Source: Chiloscyllium plagiosum | Taxonomy: Eukaryota | Direction of reading: 5' to 3' | Length of the DNA stretch: 64,000 bases | Assembly: GCF_004010195.1 (NCBI RefSeq) | Contig: NC_057718.1 | Coordinates: forward strand, 85,614,664 to 85,678,663 | In this document: piece by piece, positions 50,454 through 64,000 of the stretch | Position numbering within the stretch: position 1 is the first letter of the stretch | Layout of the letters: each line of letters opens with the position of its first letter | Notes under the pieces: generated by a model | The model's input: the letters and a program-made list of their open reading frames with translations, nothing else | The model's database searches: none | What the model was told of the DNA's origin: nothing | Translations under genes and position numbers: made by a program

Positions 50454-53400
50454 TAATAAGTAAATATGATTTGATGAAAGGCCAATTCAGGAGACAATAA
50501 GTATATAGAAGTAAAAATGGACCTGATCTTCCAGGTCTGGGAAGAGGGATGTGGATAGGTGGTGGGTGATTGGGGTTCAGTATCAGTTTTGAATGAATTT
50601 AGGTCTTCCCAATATAACATGTGCATGGATCAGAATATTCTCAGAATGAACATTCACCACTGTTGTCAGCAGAAGTTTTAGGTCATTGTAGTTGCACATC
50701 AAAAAGGGGTCATTTTGGTCTTTATGCTCCACACAAATTTCCTCTCTCTTCATTTCCTCTCATCATATGAATTAATTCTTCTGTCCTTTACCACTTGTAA
50801 CATCTGTGCTTCCCCCTGTTTTGATGATCTAAACATTTACTCTGTTAAACAGAAACATTCATAGCACACATGTCCTAGGCAATGACCATTCCAAACAAGA
50901 GAGAAGTTAACCACCTCCCATGTCATTCAATTATATTCTTGTTGCTGAATACCTGACTATTAACACTCTGAGGATTACCAATGTCCAGAAACTGAACTGG
51001 AACAGCAGTATAAATATAGGACAAAGGGGCTCCTTTAGTTGACGACTCCATCCACTAATCTAAACATTCACTCACTCCAACACAAGACACAATGCCAACA
51101 ATATGTACAGTATACAATTTGCTTTGTATGAACTCACCAAAACCCCTTCTAAACCCATAATCTCTACTAGCTCAAAGGACAAGGGCAGCAGACACATGGG
51201 AAGACCTCCATCTTTAATCTTTTCTCCAAGTCATTTGCCATCCTGATTTGGAACTATATTGCCATCTTTTCACTGTGGCTGAGTCAAACTCCTGAAATTC
51301 TCTCACCAACAGCATTGTGGGTGCACCCATATCATCAAATGGACGACAGCAGTTCAAGAAGACAGTTTACCACCACCTTGTCAAGGACAACTAGGGATGG
51401 ACAATAAATACTAATCCAGACAGCTGCACCCACGTTCCCTATATGAATTTTTAAATAACCTGATTAGTATGATTTGCATCACAATCTGTAGCTTTAGAGG
51501 TTACTGGAGTTTAAAATGCCTTAACTGATGGTTACATGCCAGTTCTAAGTAAATCATAAAATTGAGTGTTTAAACTTCTACATTATTAAAACCGATTAAT
51601 CTATACTGTAACCTAATTAGCACATGAATAACTCAGAATTAAGTTTCAAGACCGATTGTCCTGATTAATTTCTCTAAGGTTGATTGATTTCTCTTCAGTG
51701 TAAAAATAACTGACTGTTTAACCAATCTTTTTGGAGAGCACAGTAAAGCTGACAGTGAACATGAAGGCTGTCACCCGAAATTTTAACTTCCAATACCAGT
51801 CATCCAGCAATTTCAGATCTACCCTCCTAATCGTGGAAACAGTTTCTGTCTATCTACTTTACCAAAGCTCTTCATAACTTTCAACTAAATCTCCTCTTAA
51901 CTTCTTGTCCTCCATGGAGAACAGGTTTCATCGATCTAATCTCTCCACATATCAGAAAGCCCACGTTTCTAATATTCTAGTATATCTCCTCTCCTTCACC
52001 TTGACTTTCTATTGGTACTCATAATTATAGATAAACCTTCTGGCAATGGGGTTGATAACAGAGCAGTAGAATTAATTGTAAAACTAGCATTTTGTTGCAG
52101 AAGATGCTTAGGAGCTGGGAATATCCACAACTGTGCAGCAACAGTACTGCAACTGGCTCAAAGGTGTAATTACAGAATGTAAATGGACTACATTGTGCTG
52201 TAATTTCTGTAATGAAAATGATGCTAGCGGACACCTCCCTAGCATTTCTTATCAGGTCGTTTTATAATCTCAGTGTTCACCTTTAAATGATTGATTACTC
52301 CCGACAGCTAATTGATTCCCCTACCTCATTCAATAGTCCTGCATTCCCAGACTCCTTACCATGCTGAATTTCTCCCCTTATTTGAGCTTTTTGTATCTGC
52401 ATCCCAATCGAAAATATTGGTGATTTGAGTCGTGCTTTGCATTGATCTCTTTTGCTTTGAGGATAGTTCCTGGGAATGGTACATGGCTTTAATGTTTCTT
52501 AAATGGATGAGAATTAAACCATGAAAGAGCTTCCACAGTATGACAAGTCACGTGGACTTGCAAGCTTTGGCAGTTCAATCTTTCTCTGATTAATTTCTTC
52601 TCAGTGCTATATATGTATATATTCACATCATATGATTTAAAATGGAGTTAATGAAACAATAATCTGGTTTCTATTTACAGATTCTGAAAAACTTGCTGGG
52701 TACCTTCAGAATCTTTTTTTTATGTCTGATTTCTATGTTTCTGTCCTGTCAGGAATAGAACTGTGTTAATTGAGCAACTCTTTCTTTCTCAGATCCCCTC
52801 TAAAAAGCCTACTGCATTTTGATTTGGTTTTGATTATCCTCCTTTTGATTTCTCATCCGATTTTTATCTCCTTCTTTTGGATTTCCATCTTCAGTCCAGA
52901 GACTGAGGATCCAAGAAGCTCTGCAGTCGAACCAGGAGCTGGCAAAAACCTGTCTGAGGAAGATGAGAGGACATTTGTCATGCTGTGCTTATTTCACATT
53001 TAACTTTTATGCTGAAATTCTTCTAGTACTGAGGTGTGATGAGTCACTGCTGGATAATGGAATATCCTCAGCACACTGTCACCATCAAATGCCAAACACA
53101 GAACATTCAGGAACACTTTGTCTAATCCTCTCCAACTGAGAAACATTCTGAATTGTTTCATTCCCCATGTGAGCAATTTTTATGTCTTCTTTGAAGGAGC
53201 TTTCCAGCTTTGTGCTGATTTATAACAGACATTCAGCGCATTGTGAAGCCTTTATCAAACAAAAACTGTATCATATAGGAACTACTCTATTCCAATTGTA
53301 TTTCCCAGCTCTTTTCCAGCACTCTTTAATATTTTTCCTCCTCAGATATTTAATTATTTCTTGAGTTCCCTGAGTGATTCTGCTTTAATAGTCATCTGCA

Positions 53401-54589
53401 ATAATTTATTTTACATTCAGATCATTTCCTTCTATTATTTATTAAACATCTCATGGTAAAACAGTGATGCACTTCAAAAAGAAGTACTTGACTCTAAAGT
53501 ACTTTGAGATGTCCAGGACCTCTGAAAAATGCTGTATAATTGCCAGTCTTCCTTACCCTTTAACCCTTTTATGGGTCAAAAATGTGCACTCCTTCTCAAA
53601 TTTGTTAAAGGTGGATATAAGCTTGCATTATTCTGTAGCGTTGATCTGGAATGCACTGTCTGAAAGCGTAGGCTCAATAAGAATTTTCAAAAGGGAATAG
53701 ACATGCACTATAATGGGAACAATTTGCAAGGTTACAGGAAAACACTAGGGAACTAATTTGATAACTCTTTCAAAAAGCTTTCAAACATAATTGGACAAAT
53801 GCTCCCAATCTCCCTCTGTGCTGTAGAATTCTTTGATTCACTCTTTTATTTCTGATTTTCAATATTCCTATTTAATTCCATCCTAATCTCTCCTGGTCAG
53901 GTTAGGAGAACCCAACATTTGCAAATCATTCACATATCTGTAAGACCAACGTCCTGCTGACTTGACCCTATTCCCTTTTCTTCCTGCTCTCTATGTCCGC
54001 TGATAGGGCCTTGAGAATAGGGGCAGGCAGCTTTACCATTTGAACCTGTTTTGCCTTTCAATAGCTCCATACACCCACCATTTTGCGAATCTCCTTGAAC
54101 ATCAATGGCTGACAAAACATGATCAATCTCAGTTTTAAAAATCAAACTTGATCTAGTTCATTTATAAAGAGAGTTCACAAAATATAGATGAAGAATGACT
54201 TCTACCCTCTTTGGTCCAGTAATCTGAATATAACCATGAGTATTGCATTTGTCTTTTTGATTAGTTTCCGTACTTATTCCTGACATTTTAACATAAAAGC
54301 AAAATACTTAGGATGCTGAAACCTTAAATGAAAACAGAAGATACTGGAAATGCTCAGCTGGTCTGGCAGCATCTGTAGAGAGAAATGGAGTCAGCATTTC
54401 AGCTTGCAAACTACTTGCATAATCTCTCATCAAATCCTCAAATTGCATCCTACATAACCATCCTGAACCATCTCCCCTTATATATTTTTGGACGTGATTG
54501 CAGCCTTTAATATTGTCCTCCTCAAATATCTCCTCCATTGACCAGCTGGTTATCCAGTTAAAGGATCACCAGAAATATCTCGCCTCAGA

Positions 54590-54830
54590 CGACTGACTGT
54601 GTGGAGTTTGCACGTTCTCCCCGTGTCTGCGTGGGTTTCCTCCGGGTGCTCCGGTTTCCTCCCACAGTCCAAAGATGTGCAGGGCCAGGTGAATTGGCCA
54701 TGCTAAATTGCCCGTAGTGTTAGGTAAGTGGTCAATGTAGGGGTATGGGTGGGTTGCGCTTCGGCGGGTCGGTGTGGACTTGTTGGGCCAAAGGGCCTGT
54801 TTCCACACTGTAATCTAATCTAATCTAATC
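54590..54830 (+). mobile_element. HE1 SINE, 5' truncated, young-looking
   Basis: CpG-rich V-domain GTGTGGAGTTTGCACGTTCTCCCCGTGTCTGCGTGGG; (TAATC)4 tail. Confidence 0.85.
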
Positions 54831-57800
54831 TCCTCTTTCCCCTTCTCTGGAACTTGCTCTGGATCCATCCCCTCCATTTCACATTTCATATTCTGCCGTT
54901 AGCATTATCTTCTGAAACCATGCCAGATTCTAAATTTATACTATTGACAGGCAACTTTCTTCACCAGCTACTTTCTTGGCTTGAATGGGCCACACTGTCT
55001 ATCCAATTTCCATTATTAGATGAGCAGAAAGATTCCCCTCTAAAGTCATTGTCTTCATTCCCACCACAAAACTTTATTGCCTCGACACCAAGTCCATCCA
55101 CATCCAAGCAAACATTGGAGGTTTAGTCAGACTATTCACAATCTTGACACTCTACGTGACTGTGAAGTGAGCTTTTGACTCCTTGCTTATTCATCTAGCA
55201 AGACCAATTACTTTCACCCTTTTATCACAGGCCCATCTCAGCCTGCCTCTGCTGTTGCAACACTTTGTTTTTGTAACCTGGACAGTGAGCTTTCCTGCTG
55301 ACATCCTGCCTTCCACTCACTGTAACCTTTAGCTTTGCTACTGACATTCTGGCTTCCTCAAGGTCCAGTACTTTCCCATCTCTACGACCTACATTAGCTT
55401 CCAACCCAGCAATGTGTTAATTTTAAAATTCTTATCTTTGTTTTCGACTTTCTTCATTGTTTTATTCCATCTTAACTTCTCAGTAACCTCCTCCAGCTCT
55501 ACAATCCTCTGAAATGTCTACACTCCTCCAGTTCTGGGGGATCCAGTCTTTAGCTGACCAGGGGCCACTGCTCTGAAATTTCTTCCCAAACATCTCCATC
55601 TCTTTTTCCTCCTTTAGGATACTCTTTAAAACTGACGTCTTTGATCAAGCTTTTGGTCACCTGTCATAACGGTTCCTCATTTGGCTCAATGTCAAATTTT
55701 ATTTGATAGGGCACCTGTGAATGAACATTTTCCTGTGTTGGAGGTGCTTATATAAATGTAAGCTGCTGTCATTCTGGACAATCCTGATTGCTTAGTTTGT
55801 AACCTTGCTACAATGGCATATCCAAACTGCAAGCAATGATCCAGTTTTATCCTAACTAGTAACATGTACAGATGTCATGCCATTTTCTTTTGTATTAAGT
55901 TTCCTTACATACAAAATCTAGAACCTTGTTTGCTTTTCCATGGACTTTTCTACGAAGCTTCTTACTTTTAAGAATCTGCCATCTAAATATCCACCCTTTC
56001 TCCATTCCTAAGGATATTGCAATTCTAAGTTAGAGCTGGAAATTTATACCAGTTCCAATATACTTACCTTGATAACTACACAGGAAATGTTAGACAGAAA
56101 AAAGCTTGCTGAACTCCTTGGTAACTACAAAAGTGACCCCTCAATCTCACAATGAATCTCAATGCCCTCTCCAACTAAATCCTGCTCCCACTCAATCGCT
56201 TTCCAAACTACATCCTGATTCCTCCTCCCATGACCCCTGGATTATCTCTGACCCCCAGATTATCCAATCACCAATCCTGACGAGACTTGACTATTCCTTC
56301 AGAAACTATATACCTGACCACATAACTATCCCTGACCTGACCAATGCCCTCAACCCAACCAGAATATCCCTGCAACCAGACTACCATCGACACACTGCCT
56401 TATCCACTTAACCACCCTAACCTACATAACCTCTGTTTCAAAGGAAAAGCCAGTGAGACTTGTGAAAGATGCATACTGGTCCAACTTGTGTAGTGTACCT
56501 CAGAACAGTGCTCCGGTACACTCATTTCCAAGTATTATTCTTTCCTTTACTAGTTTCTCCTTCTGAGCCAGCTAGCCACTTGCATATTTACCTCATGCAT
56601 CTCACCCACTTACTCTCCTCACACACCTATCCGTCCCATCTACCTCCCCACTTCATCAGCTGTTCACTCCATTGAATGACCAGGCATTGATACAATAGCC
56701 AATGCTGTAAAAAAGCATTTCCTGCTTTCTCCCCCACACCACGCCATTCCCGACAGAAGTACTGCTGCATATTTGTAGGAAAGATGGATTTAGAAGGCCC
56801 TGGAAGAGTTGTGTAGCAGCTGTTTTGGGGATGTTGTAAGGATGCTAGCAATCTGGTGATCATTAGTGCTGCTCAGAAAATCCCACTCATGAATGTTACT
56901 GGCCTCACCACACTGATATCATTCTGATAAATTTAATATTGAAACCCTTGAAAGGTGTAACGTTGTGATACTTATCCACTAGATAACCACTAAGTATACC
57001 CGAAAAAATTAGGTTGGTGCATTTATGAGCAACTAAAATTTTCACAGCTTGATAAATCTTAATTGCAGCCATACAACCGTGCTGCCCTCAAGCATTTTAC
57101 TCTACAAGTGCAGAATTGCATCCCTTTAGAATTGAGTTATGCTTGGAAATTCAATTCTATTTTTATCTTGCCCTCCCATTTCCTTCATTTTATTATCTTA
57201 ATTCCATCTTTATTTCCAGCTGTTTATTTCATTTTGAGTACGTGATTTGACAGTGAATTAAACATTCTAATTTATACTTCCTGCTTTCGGTGAAGTTTTT
57301 AACTGACGATCCCAACTAAAACAATAGAAGCTATAGCAGATTGTGAACCCACATGCGGAAGGATAAGGGGCGTTTTCTGGCTGTTTAATGCAGCTGGGAC
57401 ATTGACGGGTACAGTTAGGGTTAGGACACTGAGGGTGCCAGTCATGACAGGATATAGCAGAGGCTGACAGCAGCAGAGCCCTGTGGTAGGCAGGAGCAAA
57501 CACTGAGAAACACAGTCAGTCTGGCAGCATCTGTGGAGAGAGAAACAGAGTTAATATTTCTAGTCCCATGTGGCTTTTCAATCTGAAGAAGTCATATCAG
57601 ACTTGAAACACTAATTCATTTTTTATTAATTCATCCACAGGATGTGAGCATCACTGGCTAGGCCAGCATTCTTTACCCAGAGGGCAGTTGAGAGTCTACC
57701 GCATAACTGTAGGGCTGGAGTCATGGGTAGAAACACAGTTACTACCCCTACAAGGCATTAATGAGCCAGATAGCTTAACAATCTGAAATGGTCATTAGAC

Positions 57801-58739
57801 TTTTGATTCCAGATTTTTATTGAATTCAGATTCTTTCAACTGCCCTGATCGGATTTGAAGCCAGGTCTCTGGACATTCCCTGGGTCTCCAGATTAAAAGT
57901 CTAGCGATAATACCACTGGCCATCACCATTCCTTGCTCATTTCTTCTGTTTCTCTCTCCACAGATGCTGCCAGACCCACTAAGTTTCTTCAGCATTCTCT
58001 GTACTTGTTTGAGAATTTCCATCAACTGTATGCTTTTGCTTTTACTCTGTGGTGTGCAGAACCCAGATTCAGGGCCATCAAAGATTTACCAACCTCATTA
58101 GACTGGCAAAGTAAATATCATTATTGTACCAATGTGAGACAGCAGCCATCACTCTAACATCTTCCAACCATTCTTCTACATAGCTCCCCTCTGACTGATA
58201 CACCCTCCTAGTTCCACACATTCCTTTGTATCCAGGCACTTACTCCAATCTCCATCTGAACAGGACCCCATCCACCTCATCCTCATCTTCCGGGCTTCTC
58301 ACATTCATTTCTTATGGTCCTCCTCCTCAAGTGTTCACCCTCCATCCTCAGCAGTCATATTACCTCTCAGACTCCAACTCTGTACCTCCCCTCATTGAAG
58401 GCCAACAAATCCAGGGCGCAGTAGAGAACAGGGGGCCGGCCTGTAGACATAGGCTGTATTGGAGGAGGTTGCTCTGGAGATCGGTGGGGTAGCACACACA
58501 CACACACACACACTCACACACACAAAGTGTCAACAATGGAGAGATTGCTCACAGCGCAAGTGACAGCATCTGATGGAGCGCAGTCACTCGGTACTGAACG
58601 GTCACTCATGTTGTGCGAGCATTGGCTGAACTGTCATTCTATACACTGTGCTGTGTATATGTTCCTTCTCTCACTTTCAGTTCCAACCTTTATTTTCTAA
58701 AGACTCTTGCTAGAGTATATCAAAGGGTGCCTCCAGATC

Positions 58740-59400
58740 TGTCCAAGTAGCTGAGCCACCTCTTGAACTGTCCAATTGCGTGCTCTCTTATCACCCTTGT
58801 GATCACTCTGCTGTACTTCCCCATTGCCTCAATGGGTCAGGTTCCTCATGAGATTCAGTGGCACATCAGTGGGTAACCCTTGATGGTCAGGTGTCAGTGC
58901 TGAGCCTGTGGGCTGGACTGAATGTGACAGTTCCCTGAATACTTAATGTAGTCCATGACCTGTTGCAGTGGTCACAAACAGGGTGCAGGGGGTATTGTGG
59001 CTGTTGGAAACCATTCCAATCCCTGTACAGTTCCAGCTGAATTGGTGTGTACAATCAGTCAGCCTCTGGGCTGGTGGAAATCCAACTGGAGAGGCAAAGC
59101 TCTCTGGGTTGGAGTGGCCTCATCCCATGGCAACGTTGATTTGATTGATAGCCTTGACAACAAGGTACCGATGATCGAGGGTGATGCAGAAACCTGACTG
59201 TAAAGTCCTGGGGATATCACCATCTCCCTGGAAGGAGCCAGAGATCAAGAAATTCAGGGCCATGGTGACCTTGATAACCACAGGCCAGCTACATAACCTG
59301 GATACCTTGGGAGGAGGTCTGGTTCCCGATGGCTGCAGGGATCTGTTGTGAAAGCCTGATTCTCTGACGTGCTGAGTAAACCCACCCTCAGCCTATATAC
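58740..59400 (-). mobile_element. PIF/Harbinger transposase remnant
   Basis: PVVIKVTMALNFLISGSFQG (59222-59285) and GFPPAQRLTDCTH (59045-59083), matching Harbinger ALNF..SGSFQ and GFP...G.IDCTH. Confidence 0.7.
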
Positions 59401-60059
59401 CCCATTTTAGGGGCTATTGCCTCTTAGAAGCTGAAGCACAGGGTGATTCAGACTGTCCTGACTCTGAGTCACTCGTCCCAGTTGTTTACATCCTGGACGT
59501 TGTTTGTTCCCCATTGAAGATCATCACAGTCTCCTCCTGGTACCTCACTGTGACATCCTCACAGCTTGGTCAGGTCTGCTGCACTCAAACCCAAAGTCGA
59601 TCTTGACATCCCTTAATTTAGTCTTTGAGGGTTGCTAATCCTGCTGAGGCCCTCTGTCCAACTGCTTTGTCCCATGGAAGAGCACGTGAGTATGGAGAAA
59701 ACAGCTACTGTAGCTGGTGTGGACATTCCTACACTCCCCTCAGAGGGCCAGGCCACTGTTGTACAGATTACTCCCACACTACGATGAATGGAAGCTGAAA
59801 GGAAGATGTTTAAAATTAACTCCAAAAAGTTGCAACTGCCGCTGAAACTGGTCCTTCTTTGTCCAGACAGCCAGCACAATCCTCTCACTGTGGCTGATCA
59901 TAAGCTTGTGAATTTCAGTTTATAAACATTCCCACCTCATCGATTTCAGCCATCTCTCAGCCCATGCTGTAATCTCACCTTTTGGACCCCAGGGAGATGT
60001 AGTAAGGCTGTGAAATGTATGTGCCGGCTCTTAATGTCAGAATGCATTAGAGGTGGAGA

Positions 60060-61795
60060 ATCATAGAGATGTACAGCACGGAAACAAACCCTTTGGTCCA
60101 ACTCTTCCAAGACGACCAGATATGCTAACCTAATCTAGTCCCATTTGCCAGCACTTGGCCCATATCTCTCTCAACCCTGCCTATTCATATACCCATCTAG
60201 ATGCCGTTTAAATGTTGTAATTGTACCAGTCTTCACTTCCTCTGGCAGGTCATTCCATACACGCACCACCTTCTGCGTGAAAAACATACCCCTTAAGTTC
60301 CTTTTAAATTTTTCCCCACTCACTCTGAACCTATGTCCTCTAATTCTGGACTCCCCCACCACAGTGAAAAGACTTTGTTTATTTACCCTATCCACGCCCC
60401 TCATGGTTTTACAAACCTCTATAAGGTCACCCCTCAGCCTCCGATGCACCAGGTAAAACAGCCTCAACCTATTCAGGCCCTCTTTATAGTTCAAATGCTT
60501 AAACCCTGGCAACATCTTTGTAAATCTTTTCTGAACCCTTTCAAGTTTCACAACATATTTCTGATAGGATGGAGACCAGAATTACACACAATATTCCAAA
60601 AGTGGCCTAACCAATGTCCTGTACAGCTTCAACATGACCTCCCAACTCCTTTACTAAATGCTCTGTCCAATAAAGGAAAGCATACCAAATGCCTTCCTCA
60701 CTATCCTCTCTACCTGCAACTCCACTTTCAAGGAACTATACACCTGCACTCTAAGTTCTCTTTGTTCAGCAACACTCCCCAGGACCTTACCATTAAGTGT
60801 ATAAGTCCTGCTCTGATTTGTCTTTCCAAAATGCAGCACCTCACATTTATGTAAATTAATCTCCTTTTGTCATTCCTCAGTCCATTGGTTCATCTGATGA
60901 GAATCCCGTTGTAGTCTGAGATAACCTTCTTTGCTGTGCACTACACCTCCAATTTTGGTGTCATCTGCAAACTTACTAACTATACCAGCACCAATCCTTG
61001 TGGCACTCCACTGGTCACAGGCCTCCAGTCTGAAAAGCAACCCTCCAGCATCACCCTCTGTCTTCTATCTTCAAGCCAGTTCTGTATCCAAATAGCTAGT
61101 TCTCCTTGTATTCCATGAGATCTAACCTTGCTAATCAGTCTTCCATGAGGAGCCTTGTTAAACGTCTTACTGAAGTCCATGCAGATCATGTCCACCGCTC
61201 TGCCCTCATCAATCCTCTCTGTTAAGTTAAAACTCAATTAAGTTAGTGAGACATGATTTCCTACGTACAGAGCCATGTTGACTATCCCTAATCAGTCCTT
61301 GACTTTCCAAATACCTTTAAATCCTGTCTCTCAGGATTCCCTCCATCATCGTGCCCACCACCGATGTCAGGCTCACTGGTCTGTAGTTCCCTGGCTTGTC
61401 CTTACCACCCTTCTTAAATAGTGGCACCGCGTTTGCCAACCTCCAGTCTTCCGACACCTCACCTGTGACTATCAATGATACAAATATCTCAGCAAGGGGC
61501 CCAGCAATCACTTCCCTAGCTTCCCACAGAGTTCTAGGGTACACCTGATCAGGTCCTGTGGATTTATCCACTTTTATGCATTTCAAGATATCCAGCACCT
61601 CCTCCTCCGAAAAATGAACATTTTAAATCTATTTCCCCATATTCTATATCTTCCATGTCCTTGTCCACAGTAAACACTGATGCAAAATACTCATTTAGTA
61701 TCTCTCCCATCTCCCGTGGTTCTAAACATAGGCCACCTTGCTGATCTTTGAGGGGCCCTATTCTCTTCCTAGCTACCCTTTTGTCCTTAACGTAT
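60060..61795 (-). mobile_element. CR1 LINE ORF2 3' half
   Basis: DKSTGPDQVYPRTL, PGNYRPVSLTS, MDFSK, GVPQG and RRLRGDLIEV motifs. Confidence 0.9.
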
Positions 61796-62800
61796 TTAGT
61801 GGGAGCCAAGTCCCACCTGCTCCAGAGCTGGTCAAAACATGCCTGAACTGGCTGACTAAAAAGTATCTGCATGGATAAAGACATTTAATTGGCTTTAATT
61901 AAATATATTTCAATTAGTGACCCAACAGATGGGTGTTGTTTGTTTGCCTCTGGACATGTCTGGCTGAAAGCCAACCAAATGACAATATTGTTGGTATTTA
62001 CGTACCCACAGACATTTGAATGTATCGTTCCGTGTCTGTACAAACTCCCCACTGCCTGACCCATGGACGATGCTTCAACTGGATTGGTGAAGGAGTCCTA
62101 CTGTTACTTGCGCTCTCCACACAGGCTCCAAAACACAAAATGCACCCACACACACACTCATATATACACGCTCATGCAGACACACTCACTCACTCTCTCA
62201 CAGACTCTCACACACACAACCACTCACACAAAGACTCGTGCACCACAAAATATTCCTTCAAGAGTACAAAGTTCCACAAGAGATTTGCCCAATGAAAACA
62301 ATCTGCCACGCAATGGTCTGTGACAAGTCTGTAAAGAAAGGTAAACAATTTTTTTTACTGTCGACTGAAAAGTTAGGCCTGTTTCAGACCTGCTTATCCA
62401 TTGGTGCCAGCAATGAGGATAAAAAAAGAAATTTTTTTTGTTCATTCACGAGGTGAGGAAAGTTACTGGCTGGCCTAGCATTTATTGCCCATCCCTAATT
62501 GCTCAGAGGGCAGTTAAAAGTCAACCACGTTGCTGCGGGTCTGGAGTCACATCTAGGCCAGACCAGGTAAGGATGGCAGCTTCCTTCCCTAAAAGAGCTT
62601 AGTGAGCCAGATGGACTTTTCCCCAACAATTGATAATGGTTTCATGATCATTGTTCGACTGAATTACAAATTTGTATTGAATTCAAAGTCCATCATCTGC
62701 TATGGTAGGTTTTGGACCCTGGACCCCAGAACATCATGACTCAACCATTGTTTTCCCCGATTGGAGAAGAGGCAGAGTTCTTAAGTGAGGTCAGGTGAGT

Positions 62801-62972
62801 CTCCTCAGGGGTGAACTTCCTTCATCAAGACCTGTCTGAAACGGGAAGGGCCTGTGCCCGAAACGTCGAATCTCCTGTTCCCTGGATGCTGCCTGACCTG
62901 CTGTGCTGTTCCAGCAATAAAGTTACAACTCCTCAGGGGTGAACTTCCTTCATCAAGACCTGTCTGAAACGG
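62801..62972 (+). mobile_element. 84-bp Penelope-terminus insert flanked by a perfect 44-bp direct repeat
   Basis: CTCCTCAGGGGTGAACTTCCTTCATCAAGACCTGTCTGAAACGG at 62801-62844 and 62929-62972; the insert is nearly identical to part of 2841-2968. Confidence 0.88.
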
Positions 62973-64000
62973 TGATGTGCATTTGTTTATCATGACCCTG
63001 ATATTCTACTGAATCCGCCAATCCAATGTGAATCTGTCACAGTTGCCTGACATGAAAGAGTGTAGATTTGGGTGAAGTGGTCAAATGAGATTCAGGGAGA
63101 GTGATAGTATTCGATTTCACTTTGATTGTTTGCATACTTAAATGACACGGTGCCGTCCTGTTATGTACTTGAGGTGAGCTGAAGAGAACCTGTGATCTTT
63201 GAATATGTATTGGCGACATTTTGATATTAATGGGGAAATCCAAACAAATTGCTTAATATGTCATTTTCCAATCAGCACCACAATTTATTTCCAATGTTGG
63301 AACTATATCGCTGCCTCTTCACTATCGTAGAGTCAAGATCCTGTAAAAACACCGTGGATATCCAAGAATTGCAGTGATTGAAGAAGACATCTCACCATCA
63401 GCTTCTCCAGGGCAATTGGCGATGGCCTAGCCATTGGTACCCAAATCCTATGAACAAATAATAATAAACAATCTGTTACAGAACAGCTTGTTCTGATACA
63501 TTTTATTTATTTTAATTTATGGATTGGCAATTTGGAAATGAGAACAGTAGAATTATGGAAATCATAGAAACCTGTGACACAGAAAGGCAGCATTTGGATT
63601 GTGCCTGTGATGATGGAAAAAGATAGCTGTGCAGCCCAATTCCACTTTCTAACTGTTGGCTTGTAGCCTGAGGAGGTTACAACTACTCTTTAAATGCAGC
63701 GTTGTGTACCCAAATTAAATTATCATTAGTATGGTAATATATACCACCACTATATAATTAATGAGATGGGAAAGGTATGAGTTGAACCTGTAATTACCAT
63801 GTAATCAAAGTATATTTAAAAAAGCAAACCTACATTTAGGTAACACCTTGTGGAGCCTCAGTATACGTGAAAGCTCTTTACAACCAATGAATTACTTTTG
63901 GCACGTAGTCTCTGTCAGGAGGACATGCCAGGCAATTAGCAGTCAGCACCATCCCACACACAGCGACAATGTAATGATACATTAATCTGTTTATCACAGT

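Noticed and set aside
52800..52960. Possible minus-strand terminal exon (cttcctcag|ACAG...QIKMQ*)
   Set aside because: No recognisable homology and no partner exons found
58493..58524. (CA)n microsatellite, plus a degenerate CA tract at about 62146-62230 giving His/Thr-rich ORFs
   Set aside because: Ordinary simple repeats; the ORFs are low-complexity artifacts

Overview
Vertebrate genomic DNA, very probably a shark/elasmobranch (inferred from HE1-type V-SINEs and the CR1/Penelope repeat content), with three assembly gaps. There are three main components. (1) A complete four-exon cystatin F-like gene on the minus strand (ATG 24268, stop 1473, 142 aa), which the ORF track catches only in fragments. 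It has a GC-AG first intron and lacks the two dimerisation cysteines of mammalian cystatin F. (2) A 6.28-kb LTR-to-LTR class I (gamma-like, HERV-I/ERV-P(b)-type env) endogenous retrovirus at 26931-33213, 2.7 kb upstream of that gene. It has a TTAA target-site duplication, a tRNA-Pro PBS, a leader hairpin array, an MLV-type gag readthrough pseudoknot and a decayed env. About 0.6 kb of non-retroviral, possibly intron-containing sequence replaces most of pro, all of RT/RNase H and the integrase core. (3) A dense transposon background: CR1 LINEs, Penelope-like elements whose termini carry minimal hammerhead ribozyme cores (often in inverted pairs with TSDs), HE1 SINEs, RTE and Harbinger remnants, and a possible solo LTR. 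All assignments come from reading motifs by eye; no database search was run, and boundaries of decayed repeats are approximate.
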